From an uncultured Candidatus Saccharibacteria bacterium (GTDB lineage: Bacteria > Patescibacteriota > Minisyncoccia > Phycocordibacterales > XYD1-FULL-46-19): 64,000 nt of DNA. The stretch covers positions 31,187 to 95,186 of the forward strand of contig CAZXCI010000003.1 in the NCBI GenBank assembly GCA_964639285.1, written 5' to 3'. The translations under genes and the position numbers were made by a program. The first letter of the stretch is position 1. Every line of letters starts with the position of its first letter. Of this stretch, positions 56,109 through 63,887 are shown one piece after another. The notes under the pieces were generated by a model. It was not told where the DNA came from. It saw only the letters and a list, made by a program, of their open reading frames with translations, and did no database searches.

Positions 56109-57593
56109 TTATTTTACTCGATATTTATCCCTGATTTTTTTGAGCTCTTCTTTTTCTACTTCTTCTTTTTTATTTTTTCCTTTTTCGGCCAGTTCAATCA
56201 ACTCTTTTTCTGACAATTTTGATAATTCTCCTGCTCGTTTCACGAGAAACTCTTCACTGTTTATATCAGGGTTCTCTAGAGCTTCTTCTAATAAAGCGTT
56301 TAAAATATGGCCTATTTTTGGTCCGGGTGTTTCGCGTGTAACAGCCATGACTTGTTTCCCGTCTATTTTCAACATACCAACTGAGGTTGGAGAACGGAGA
56401 GCTTCTTCAATCATGGACTCGTATTTTCTTAATCTGTAAGGCTCTTCCTTGGGTCGGCCCATCCCGATGCGGTCACAAATGCGTAAATTCATTAGGTCCC
56501 AGATATATTCTGGCCCCACATTGGCGATAACTCGCCTGACGGCTGATAAGGTAATTTTCTCTGGATCAGCAAAAAACATGTGATTTCGAACCATTTTTTG
56601 CACTAGCTCTATCTCTTTGTTAGAGAATTTTAAGCGCGACATTATCTCTACGGCCATTCTCTCCCCGACTACCTCGTGTCCGTAGAAGGTATATTCTTTG
56701 GACTTTTGCCCTGTTCGGCGAGATTTGGGCTTCCCTAGGTCATGAAATAGGGCCGCTAGTTTCACGTGTAAAGGGTAATTTTTGTCAGCCGCATGTTGCA
56801 CGGAGCGAAGAAGGTGTTCCCAAACGTCATAAATATGTTCTCCCTTCTGCTCTATCCCTATCCCCCTCTCTAATTCTGGTAAAATATACTGCAAAATGCC
56901 GATTTTGTGGCTAAGAATAAGACCATCCATCGGCTCTGGGGAGTCTATTATCTTAACCAATTCCTCCCTAATTCTCTCGGTGGAGATCTCCCTAAGTAGG
57001 CTAGAATTGCGAGAAATGCTGTCTAAAGCTTCCTTGTTGCACGTGAAACCAAGCTCGCAAGCGAATCTAACGGCCCTTAGCATGCGTAAAGCGTCCTCAG
57101 CGAAGCGTATATCAGCCTCCCCTACTGTTTTGACAATCTTGTCCTTTATGTCCTTTACCCCACCATATAGGTCGATTAATTCGCCCTCAGCGGGGTTATA
57201 GGCCAGTGCATTGATGGTAAAGTCGCGACGAGACAAATCATCTTCGAGCTTATCGCTAAATTTAATATTGTCAGGATGTCGTCGATCAGAATAATTGGCT
57301 TCGGTGCGGAAGGGTGTGACTTCGACATTTTTTAATTTTTCGTCCCCTGCTTCTTCGTTGATCACTGTGACTGTGCCAAACTTATTCTCATAAACAGTTT
57401 TGGGGAAAAGAGCCACAATCTCTTCGGGCGTGGCGTTGGTGGTAATATCCCAGTCCCTGGGCTCACGTCCAATCAAGCTATCCCGGACGCATCCGCCGAC
57501 AAGATAAGCCAAAAAGCCACTATTTTGTAAGGTTTTAGTGATTTCCATGATTTCACGTGGAACGTTTAAGTTTATCTTGACAGTATTGATCAT
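56109..57593 (-). CDS. cca: tRNA nucleotidyltransferase (CCA-adding class II) with HD domain
   Basis: VGGCVRD, DWDITT, EDDLSRRDFTINA, EDALRMLRA.RF, HD.GK. Confidence 0.93.
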   Translation of the reverse strand: MINTVKINLNVPREIMEITKTLQNSGFLAYLVGGCVRDSLIGREPRDWDITTNATPEEIVALFPKTVYENKFGTVTVINEEAGDEKLKNVEVTPFRTEANYSDRRHPDNIKFSDKLEDDLSRRDFTINALAYNPAEGELIDLYGGVKDIKDKIVKTVGEADIRFAEDALRMLRAVRFACELGFTCNKEALDSISRNSSLLREISTERIREELVKIIDSPEPMDGLILSHKIGILQYILPELERGIGIEQKGEHIYDVWEHLLRSVQHAADKNYPLHVKLAALFHDLGKPKSRRTGQKSKEYTFYGHEVVGERMAVEIMSRLKFSNKEIELVQKMVRNHMFFADPEKITLSAVRRVIANVGPEYIWDLMNLRICDRIGMGRPKEEPYRLRKYESMIEEALRSPTSVGMLKIDGKQVMAVTRETPGPKIGHILNALLEEALENPDINSEEFLVKRAGELSKLSEKELIELAEKGKNKKEEVEKEELKKIRDKYRVK

Positions 57594-57682
57594 GCCGTTA
57601 TTTTATCTTTTTATGGTGAGCTTGTCGAACTAATTTTTGCTAAATATTCAAAAAGTCTATAGAATTAAGGGGTCAATCACCC

Positions 57683-57754
57683 GCCCCTGTGGTGAAATGG
57701 ATATCACAACAGTCTTCGGAACTGTCGTTGGGGGTTCGAGTCCTCCCGGGGGCA
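57683..57754 (+). tRNA. tRNA-Arg(TCG)
   Basis: GCCCCTG/CGGGGGC acceptor, ACAGT-CT TCG GA-ACTGT. Confidence 0.93.
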
Positions 57755-57804
57755 CAGGCTCAAAAGAACAAAAGTGTTTAGATGAAGATATCACAACAAA
57801 GAAA

Positions 57805-57888
57805 GCCGAAGTGGTGGAATTGGCAGACACGCACGCTTCAGAGGCGTGTAAGCGCAAGCTTGTGAGGGTTCAAATCCCTCCTTCGGCA
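57805..57888 (+). tRNA. tRNA-Leu(CAG)
   Basis: GCCGAAG/CTTCGGC acceptor, CACGC-TT CAG AG-GCGTG, long variable arm. Confidence 0.94.
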
Positions 57889-57936
57889 CATGGTAGTTTG
57901 AAAATAGAATAATTTTTGTTAGAATAGAAAAGTTCT

Positions 57937-58007
57937 GCGGGTATGGTTTAGTGGTAGAACACGTCCTTGCCAAGGATGAGACGGGAGTCCGATTCTCCCT
58001 ACCCGCA
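57937..58007 (+). tRNA. tRNA-Gly(GCC)
   Basis: GCGGGTA/TACCCGC acceptor, CGTCC-TT GCC AA-GGATG; T-loop TCCGATT. Confidence 0.9.
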
Positions 58008-58218
58008 CACACTAGCTTGTCTAAAATACTCTAAAACTGTGGATAACCCTGTGGTTAAGGGGGATAAAAGACGTCTTTTCTTTCTAAAGACTTTCTTATA
58101 GAAACTAAAGGAAAATGGCTAAAAATAAGGGTTTTTTATATAAAACAGTCTATAAAAATGTCGTTTTAGAAGCTTTGACCTATAGTGTTTCATACGAAAC
58201 GTTTTAATATAGTTACAC

Positions 58219-58623
58219 GTGGCACAATTACCTAAGAATAAGACCCAAAAGCAGATAATTGGGCAAAAAGGGGAGGACGAAGCAGTAAAATACCTTCAAA
58301 ATAAAGGTTTTTCTGTCCTTGACCGTAATTATCTTAAACCTTGGGGGGAGTTAGATATTATTGCCAAGAAAGGGGAGTGGCTCTATTTTGTCGAAGTAAA
58401 GACAGTGACTCGTGAGGCGCAAGCTTGGAAGGCGAACGACAATTATGAGCCCGAAGATAATATTCATCCGTGGAAAATCAAGCGTTTGTCCCGCGCGATC
58501 AATACCTATCTCCTAGAAAAAAAGATTGATGACGAATCCGATTGGCAAGTGGACTCAATTTCTGTCTACCTCAATGGTAGGGGAGAGCTCCTCAAAATTG
58601 ACCACCTGGAGGATATTTTTTAG
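58219..58623 (+). CDS. yraN: YraN-family (UPF0102) nuclease
   Basis: GQKGEDEA..YL...G, RNY....GELDIIA, FVEVK. Confidence 0.93.
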   Translation: MAQLPKNKTQKQIIGQKGEDEAVKYLQNKGFSVLDRNYLKPWGELDIIAKKGEWLYFVEVKTVTREAQAWKANDNYEPEDNIHPWKIKRLSRAINTYLLEKKIDDESDWQVDSISVYLNGRGELLKIDHLEDIF

Positions 58624-58819
58624 TTACGCTAACTATTGCAAAGTATCTTTAACTTATGTTAAGCGTTTGGCTGTCGCTACTTTATTGATCTTTCTAATTA
58701 AAAATAGAGACTCTAGCTAACTGCTATAAGGTGTGCTAAGATATGACGGTAACCTTAATCGCCTACGCGAAATTCGACGGGCTTTGCCACGCCGTAGATT
58801 CGCTTCGACGAATCGAAGA

Positions 58820-58891
58820 CGGGGTGTAGTGCAACGGCTAGCACGAGTCCTTTGGGAGGATTTAATCCGAGTTCGAATCTCGGCACCCCGA
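58820..58891 (+). tRNA. tRNA-Pro(TGG)
   Basis: CGGGGTG/CACCCCG acceptor, AGTCC-TT TGG GA-GGATT. Confidence 0.92.
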
Positions 58892-58895
58892 CAAA

Positions 58896-59555
58896 ATGTT
58901 GAATGGCTTAATTCAAACTTTAACAGCCAGTCTCTTGCTTTGGGCGGAGAGTGCCCCGGTTCCGCTTTTTGTTTTTGTTGGCTCGATAGTAGAAGAGCTT
59001 ATCCCGATGATTCCTTCATCGGTTGTGATGATTACGGCTGGTTTCATGGCTCAAGTCCAGGGCGATCATTGGTGGTGGTTATTAGTTCTTGCTCTTCTTG
59101 CTTCAATAGGCAAGACGCTCGGTTCTTGGGTTTTCTATTTTCTTGCTGACAAGGCCGAAGATTTGGCCACTGGTCGTTGGGGAAAAGTCTTGGGCCTTTC
59201 TCATCAAGAAATTGAACATGCGGGAGAAGTTTTGAGTAAGAAAAAATTGGATACCGTCTTCCTCTTCACAACTCGAATTATTCCAGTTTTGCCCACCACT
59301 ATTTTCTCGGTAGCTTGCGGGTTGATAAAGCTGGATCTCAAACTTTATCTTAAGGTGACGTTGGCTGGTTTCTTTATTCGTTCATTGATTGTCATTGTTA
59401 TTGGTTATCTTGGTGTAACGGGTTCTCATTGGATTGCTACCATGCTTGATCAAACTGAGACGGCAATTCTTGGCATTTTAGTTTTGACTGTAGTTATCCT
59501 TTTAGGATATTTTTATTGGCGACGTCGGCGACAAAAAAGAAAAGATATTGATTAG
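58896..59555 (+). CDS. DedA/VTT-family membrane protein
   Basis: EELIPMIPS, GF, RIIPVLP...S..CG. Confidence 0.88.
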   Translation: MLNGLIQTLTASLLLWAESAPVPLFVFVGSIVEELIPMIPSSVVMITAGFMAQVQGDHWWWLLVLALLASIGKTLGSWVFYFLADKAEDLATGRWGKVLGLSHQEIEHAGEVLSKKKLDTVFLFTTRIIPVLPTTIFSVACGLIKLDLKLYLKVTLAGFFIRSLIVIVIGYLGVTGSHWIATMLDQTETAILGILVLTVVILLGYFYWRRRRQKRKDID

Positions 59556-59575
59556 ATTTTAAAATCATTTAAAAT

Positions 59576-59647
59576 CGGAGTGTAGTGTAACGGTAACATC
59601 CACGATTCGGGTTCGTGGGACTCAGGGTTCGAATCCCTGCACTCCGA
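59576..59647 (+). tRNA. tRNA-Pro(CGG)
   Basis: CGGAGTG/CACTCCG acceptor, CACGA-TT CGG GT-TCGTG. Confidence 0.92.
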
Positions 59648-59682
59648 CAAAACTGAAGGTTTTGGAGGAGGGTGAAAAATCA

Positions 59683-59753
59683 CGGGCTGTAGTATACCGG
59701 TAGTACGTGCCCATGGGGTGGGTATAGACCGAGTTCGATTCTCGGCAGCCCGA
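59683..59753 (+). tRNA. tRNA-Pro(GGG)
   Basis: CGGGCTG/CAGCCCG acceptor, TGCCC-AT GGG GT-GGGTA. Confidence 0.92.
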
Positions 59754-59928
59754 CAAAAGAAAAAGACAGGGGAGTATTTCCTTGTCTTTTTCTTTTGTCG
59801 TGAGAATCGAACGGGAAGGGGTCGGGAAACGGGAGTTTCCCGTGGCGGAATTATTCAAACCGAGGGGTTTGAAAGCGGAGCGAGTGACAATGAAGCGAGC
59901 AGTGAGTGTTCTCGGCAGCCCGACAAAA
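59739..59928. repeat. tRNA-Pro 3'-end duplication flanking a ~150-bp element
   Basis: 20-bp direct repeat TTCTCGGCAGCCCGACAAAA at 59739-59758 and 59909-59928. Confidence 0.85.
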
Positions 59929-59974
59929 AAGTCCTTATTGACATTGTACACACAATGTATATACTTAGTGCATT

Positions 59975-60223
59975 ATGACGACTTTAAATATAAGAATTGA
60001 AAACAAGGCTAAGGCTGATGCGAATAGGGCTCTTGCTCGCATGGGTCTTGACATGTCCAGCGCGGTCAAGCTCTTTCTCTCTCAGGTGGTGAAGGAGGAC
60101 GGCCTTCCTTTCTTGCCAACAAATAATCCGATAGTTATTAAAGCGCGTTTTGATGCACAAGTGGCCGAAGCCAGGAAGAGTCGCGGATTCAGGACGGGCA
60201 AAGGGGCACTGCGTGGTTTATAA
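59975..60223 (+). CDS. RelB/DinJ-family antitoxin
   Basis: LNIRI...K..A...L..MGLDMSSAVKLFL.QVV...GLPF. Confidence 0.92.
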   Translation: MTTLNIRIENKAKADANRALARMGLDMSSAVKLFLSQVVKEDGLPFLPTNNPIVIKARFDAQVAEARKSRGFRTGKGALRGL

Positions 60224-60229
60224 TTTGTC

Positions 60230-60517
60230 ATGCCTTTTCTCATAAAACGAACTAAGGATTTCGAAAAATCTTTCAAAAGAATTAGTCGCTCTGGTTTAAG
60301 TCTGAGAACGAGAGGGAAATTGGAGACGATAATTGATTCTCTTGCTAGTGGCGAGAGACTAGAAAGTAAACACAAAGACCATCGACTAAAAGGGGAGCTT
60401 AATGCTTACCGCGAATGTCACATCATCCCCGACCTTTTGCTTATTTATAAATTGGAGGAAAAAGAAGATGTCTTAATCTTGGTTGATATTGGGAGCCACT
60501 TCCAGTTATTTGGCTAG
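60230..60517 (+). CDS. YafQ-family mRNA interferase toxin
   Basis: F.KSFKR, KDH.LKG, RECHI.PDLLLIY, IGSH..LF. Confidence 0.93.
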   Translation: MPFLIKRTKDFEKSFKRISRSGLSLRTRGKLETIIDSLASGERLESKHKDHRLKGELNAYRECHIIPDLLLIYKLEEKEDVLILVDIGSHFQLFG

Positions 60518-60638
60518 CTTTCTCTCTTATAATCTCTACTTGACAAGATACTAGTCATTATGCTATACTTAAAGGGTATTAAGGTGCTAATCGATGGTCG
60601 GTTAGCAAAACTTGGTCTTTGAAAGGAGGTGAAAAGTT

Positions 60639-60926
60639 ATGCCTATAACGCAAGAAAGAAGGACGCAGATTTTGGAGAAGCTAGTCTCATTGGCTATTGC
60701 CAACGAGAGGGTATCTCTCCTTCCGCAGAACGAGTTTCGCCGCAAGATGCACTCCACTGCTCAGAGTATCGATGTGAGAGTAGAAGAGCTTCGTGAGGTC
60801 ATTGTTCCTATTATTCAGGAACGTTTTGACGCAATGATTTCTCTGCCGGAGGCGAATTCGGGCTCTTCAAAAGGCGTCCCGGTTTCTGGCGGGCCGTTCG
60901 ATCCAGGCCCTAATCACCAAGAATAA
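60639..60926 (+). CDS. Hypothetical protein
   Basis: Strong SD AAGGAGGTG; TTGACA...TATACT promoter upstream. Confidence 0.7.
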   Translation: MPITQERRTQILEKLVSLAIANERVSLLPQNEFRRKMHSTAQSIDVRVEELREVIVPIIQERFDAMISLPEANSGSSKGVPVSGGPFDPGPNHQE

Positions 60927-61141
60927 CTGGCAAGGTCTGAGCTGTGACAGCTCACTAAAGGGTAATTGACTCTCCCAAAATTTTTGGCTAGAGTCAGAAC
61001 AAGAACCTCACCTTCCAGCCCAGTTCCCTGTCTTCCCCAGAACCCCATGCTAGCTAGTATGGGGTTCTTCTTTTGTGTGTAAAACGTTTCATCGCTAGCA
61101 GGGCTCTTGAGAAGAAATTTTTAAATTGGTAATCTGGGGGT

Positions 61142-62032
61142 GTGAAACAAGACTTAGCTTCAAAAATAAAAGCTGATTTGCGCCAAGTGGCCAGCAAAGA
61201 TAAGGCCAAGATTTTGGCGCGCTTCTTCAAAACGGGGAGAGGGGAGTATGGCGAGGGCGATAAGTTCTTGGGCGTGGTGGTGCCAGAGCAGAGGCGGATT
61301 GCGAAGGAATGGCTTAGAGGTTTCACCTCGGCCTGCCCGCAATGCTTTGCAACGCAAGGCAGGCGGGGCTCACTTGAGGAGAAACCTCAAGCCGTGCGAA
61401 GTCTCAATACTCGTTTAGTTGTGAGAAGTCGTTTCTCGCGTAGCCAGATGCGACTTCGCACAACCCTCGATGAGCTTCAAAAACTTTTGCAAAGTCCGTT
61501 TCATGAAGAGCGACTAACAGTACTTCTGATTTTGATTGAGTTGTATAAGAAGGGAGATAAGGAGAATAAGAAACAAATTTTTAATTTTTATATCAATAAT
61601 ATTAAAAACATTAATAATTGGGATCTTGTTGATTTAAGTGCGCCGAATATTGTAGGCGATTATTTATTAAACTTTTATCTAAACGGGAAAGAGGTTAATA
61701 AGTTTTTATTAAAACTAGCGCGGTCAAAAAATCTTTGGTCCCGCCGGGTGGCGGTCTTGGCTACTTTCCCTTTTATAAAAAATAATAAATTTGCCGAAAT
61801 CTTGGCACTTACCAAATTTTTACTTTTTAAACAAAAAGAAAAACATGATCTCATGCACAAGGCCTTGGGTTGGATGCTCCGCGAAGTGGGGAAGCGCGAC
61901 AAAAAAGTTTTAATTAATTTCTTGGATGAGTCTGGGGCGCGACTTCCTCGCGTTACTCTTCGTTATGCGATTGAAAAATTTCCCGAGAAAGAAAGGCGGG
62001 AATATCTGACTCTTCGGTATTGTTCAGAGTAA
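61142..62032 (+). CDS. DNA alkylation repair protein (AlkD-like) with an internal ~50-aa insertion
   Basis: FFKTG.GEYGEGD.FLGV..P..R, HEER, NNWDLVD, KALGWMLREVGK, LRYAIE. Confidence 0.9.
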   Translation: MKQDLASKIKADLRQVASKDKAKILARFFKTGRGEYGEGDKFLGVVVPEQRRIAKEWLRGFTSACPQCFATQGRRGSLEEKPQAVRSLNTRLVVRSRFSRSQMRLRTTLDELQKLLQSPFHEERLTVLLILIELYKKGDKENKKQIFNFYINNIKNINNWDLVDLSAPNIVGDYLLNFYLNGKEVNKFLLKLARSKNLWSRRVAVLATFPFIKNNKFAEILALTKFLLFKQKEKHDLMHKALGWMLREVGKRDKKVLINFLDESGARLPRVTLRYAIEKFPEKERREYLTLRYCSE

Positions 62033-62035
62033 AAT

Positions 62036-62067
62036 AAAAAACCTGATCATTTCTAGATCAGGTTTTT
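62036..62067. terminator. Bidirectional terminator
   Basis: AAAAACCTGATC-atttcta-GATCAGGTTTTT. Confidence 0.8.
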
Positions 62068-62086
62068 TAGATTAAGAATTAAATAA

Positions 62087-62353
62087 TTATTTTTTGCCCC
62101 ACTTCTTTTTATAGACGTAGAAGTAGTAGATGATATCTAAGATCCCAACGGTGTTGACCAGGAGAAGGATGATAAACCAAATCTTGGCACCATTACGAGC
62201 TGCTCGCCACATGGCTAGACCTTTCCACAAAAGGGTCCAGACAATGATCGCGATTAATAAAGTGGTCATGCCAGCAACGCTGGCGATAACCGTACCCCAA
62301 GCGCCAGTGGGCAAAGCACTGAGGCCTTCGGTTGCATTGATAATGTTTTCCAT
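62087..62353 (-). CDS. DUF5652-like small membrane protein
   Basis: WTLLWKGLAMWRAARN....WF..LL.VNT.GIL.IIY. Confidence 0.85.
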   Translation of the reverse strand: MENIINATEGLSALPTGAWGTVIASVAGMTTLLIAIIVWTLLWKGLAMWRAARNGAKIWFIILLLVNTVGILDIIYYFYVYKKKWGKK

Positions 62354-62441
62354 ATATTAACTATTATATCACAATTTTTATTTGTGCTATAATCAAACTG
62401 TTAATAATAATTATTAGTAATCTTTTAATCTATTTTTTGTT

Positions 62442-63443
62442 ATGGAAAAATTAATTGGCGTTGGTGATCTCTTCAAGAATACTTGGAAGATCTATCGGGA
62501 AAAGTTTGCTTTGCTTGTTGGTCTTATGGCCCTACCTTTCTTACTAATGGCTCTCAATCAAGTTCTGATGAGTCTGGGGAAAGGGATAATTATTACGCTT
62601 GGTTCGTTGATTAATATTGTTGTTTCAATCGGCGTGATCTGGGCTTTAGCCGGGATCTTGCTTGTTCTAAGTAATAACCAAGTGTTAACGGTCAAAGAAG
62701 CTTATCGTCTTAGTAGAGGGAAATTGCTTTCGTATCTCTGGGTTTCAATCTTGGCGATGTTTATTGCTGGTGGGGGTTTCATGCTCTTTGTTATACCGGG
62801 AATTATTTTGTCTGTTTGGTTAGCCTTTGCTCAGATTATTTCTGTTGTCGAGGGGGAGAAAGGGCTTCGAGCTATTGTCAAAAGTCGTGAGTATGTTCGT
62901 GATTATTTCTGGCCAATTCTTGGACGTTTCTTGCTCCTGTCTGTAATCTTGTTTGTTGTCTATTTCATTCTGATGGCTATTGCTGGCTTTGTCGCTTCGT
63001 TATTTAGTTCTTTCGGTTCCACGGTCTTTGTTTTAGTTTTGAGTCTTCTTGGCTCTGCTATTAATTTTCTCTTTGTTCCCTTAGGAGTTATCTATGCCTA
63101 TCTTCTTTACGGGAATGTTAAGCAGGTTAAAGGAGAGGTCTTAATTGACCCGGCCAAAAAACAAGGACTTCGTTACCTCTTAGTTGGTCTTGCTGGTTGG
63201 GTTCTTATTGCCGTTGTCAGCATCTTTCTCCTATCACTTCTTGTTAGTCTTTTCGCCGGACTCTTCTTTGGCCAAGCTTTGAGTGGAATGAATTCTGGAG
63301 CGATAAATGAGCTTCCTAGGGTTATTCCCAAGATCCCAACAGAGATGCCTGCTGGGTTGACAGCTGAACAACAGCAACAATTGCAGACGCAATTAGATGC
63401 GATGAAAAAATTACAGGACAAACTTAATATCCCGACCGAGTAA
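62442..63443 (+). CDS. Polytopic membrane protein
   Basis: Many TM segments; LFVIPGII.SVW..F.....V.E....AI.KS. Confidence 0.8.
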   Translation: MEKLIGVGDLFKNTWKIYREKFALLVGLMALPFLLMALNQVLMSLGKGIIITLGSLINIVVSIGVIWALAGILLVLSNNQVLTVKEAYRLSRGKLLSYLWVSILAMFIAGGGFMLFVIPGIILSVWLAFAQIISVVEGEKGLRAIVKSREYVRDYFWPILGRFLLLSVILFVVYFILMAIAGFVASLFSSFGSTVFVLVLSLLGSAINFLFVPLGVIYAYLLYGNVKQVKGEVLIDPAKKQGLRYLLVGLAGWVLIAVVSIFLLSLLVSLFAGLFFGQALSGMNSGAINELPRVIPKIPTEMPAGLTAEQQQQLQTQLDAMKKLQDKLNIPTE

Positions 63444-63685
63444 TGCATTACGGCTTCATCATTATTACTGTGGCCTGGGTCTGGCAATGGTGGAAGATGC
63501 GCTCAGGCCAACGCAGTCTTGATCCTTGGTTTCTCCGTATCTACGCTTTGGGCCTCTTAGTGATCTTACTCGACACCTTCCGTACCGGTGATTGGCTCAC
63601 TTGGGCCAATGTTGCAGCCATGACCATTATCCTCCTGCTTATCTGGCGGATTAAGCGACGGGGGAAGAAAGGTGGGTTGATCTAA
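63443..63685 (+). CDS. Small membrane protein
   Basis: Three hydrophobic segments; TAATG overlap with the upstream gene. Confidence 0.65.
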   Translation: MHYGFIIITVAWVWQWWKMRSGQRSLDPWFLRIYALGLLVILLDTFRTGDWLTWANVAAMTIILLLIWRIKRRGKKGGLI

Positions 63686-63783
63686 ATTTACAACCTCCCC
63701 CGTTGTGCCGTTTTAAGGCCACGGGGGCCTTTTTTTTATTCAAAATTTTTGCTAAGATACTAAGGTCTAGTTAGAAGGCGGGC

Positions 63784-63813
63784 CCCGTTAGAGGCTCTCA
63801 AGCCTCTAACGGG
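63784..63813. mobile_element. Minimal CCCGTTAGA-family element
   Basis: CCCGTTAGAGGC-tctcaa-GCCTCTAACGGG flanked by GCGGGC / GCGGGA. Confidence 0.7.
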
Positions 63814-63887
63814 GCGGGATTAGTTTAGCGGTAAAATATCAGTTTTCCAAACTGAGGTCGGGAGTTCGACTCTCCCATCCCGCACCA
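63814..63887 (+). tRNA. tRNA-Gly(TCC)
   Basis: GCGGGAT/ATCCCGC acceptor, TCAGT-TT TCC AA-ACTGA, encoded CCA. Confidence 0.93.

Larger units (their letters stand above)
56236..58226. promoter_or_regulatory. Cluster of parS-like sites
   Basis: Near-matches to TGTTNCACGTGAAACA at 56236, 56328, 56758, 57035, 57549 and 58211. Confidence 0.7.

Noticed and set aside
57637-60000. ORF-track entries overlapping tRNAs (57637-57912, 57657-57857, 57791-58012, 58733-59149, 59622-60000); also 152-385 and 4540-4746
   Set aside because: Spurious frames across tRNA genes and repeats.
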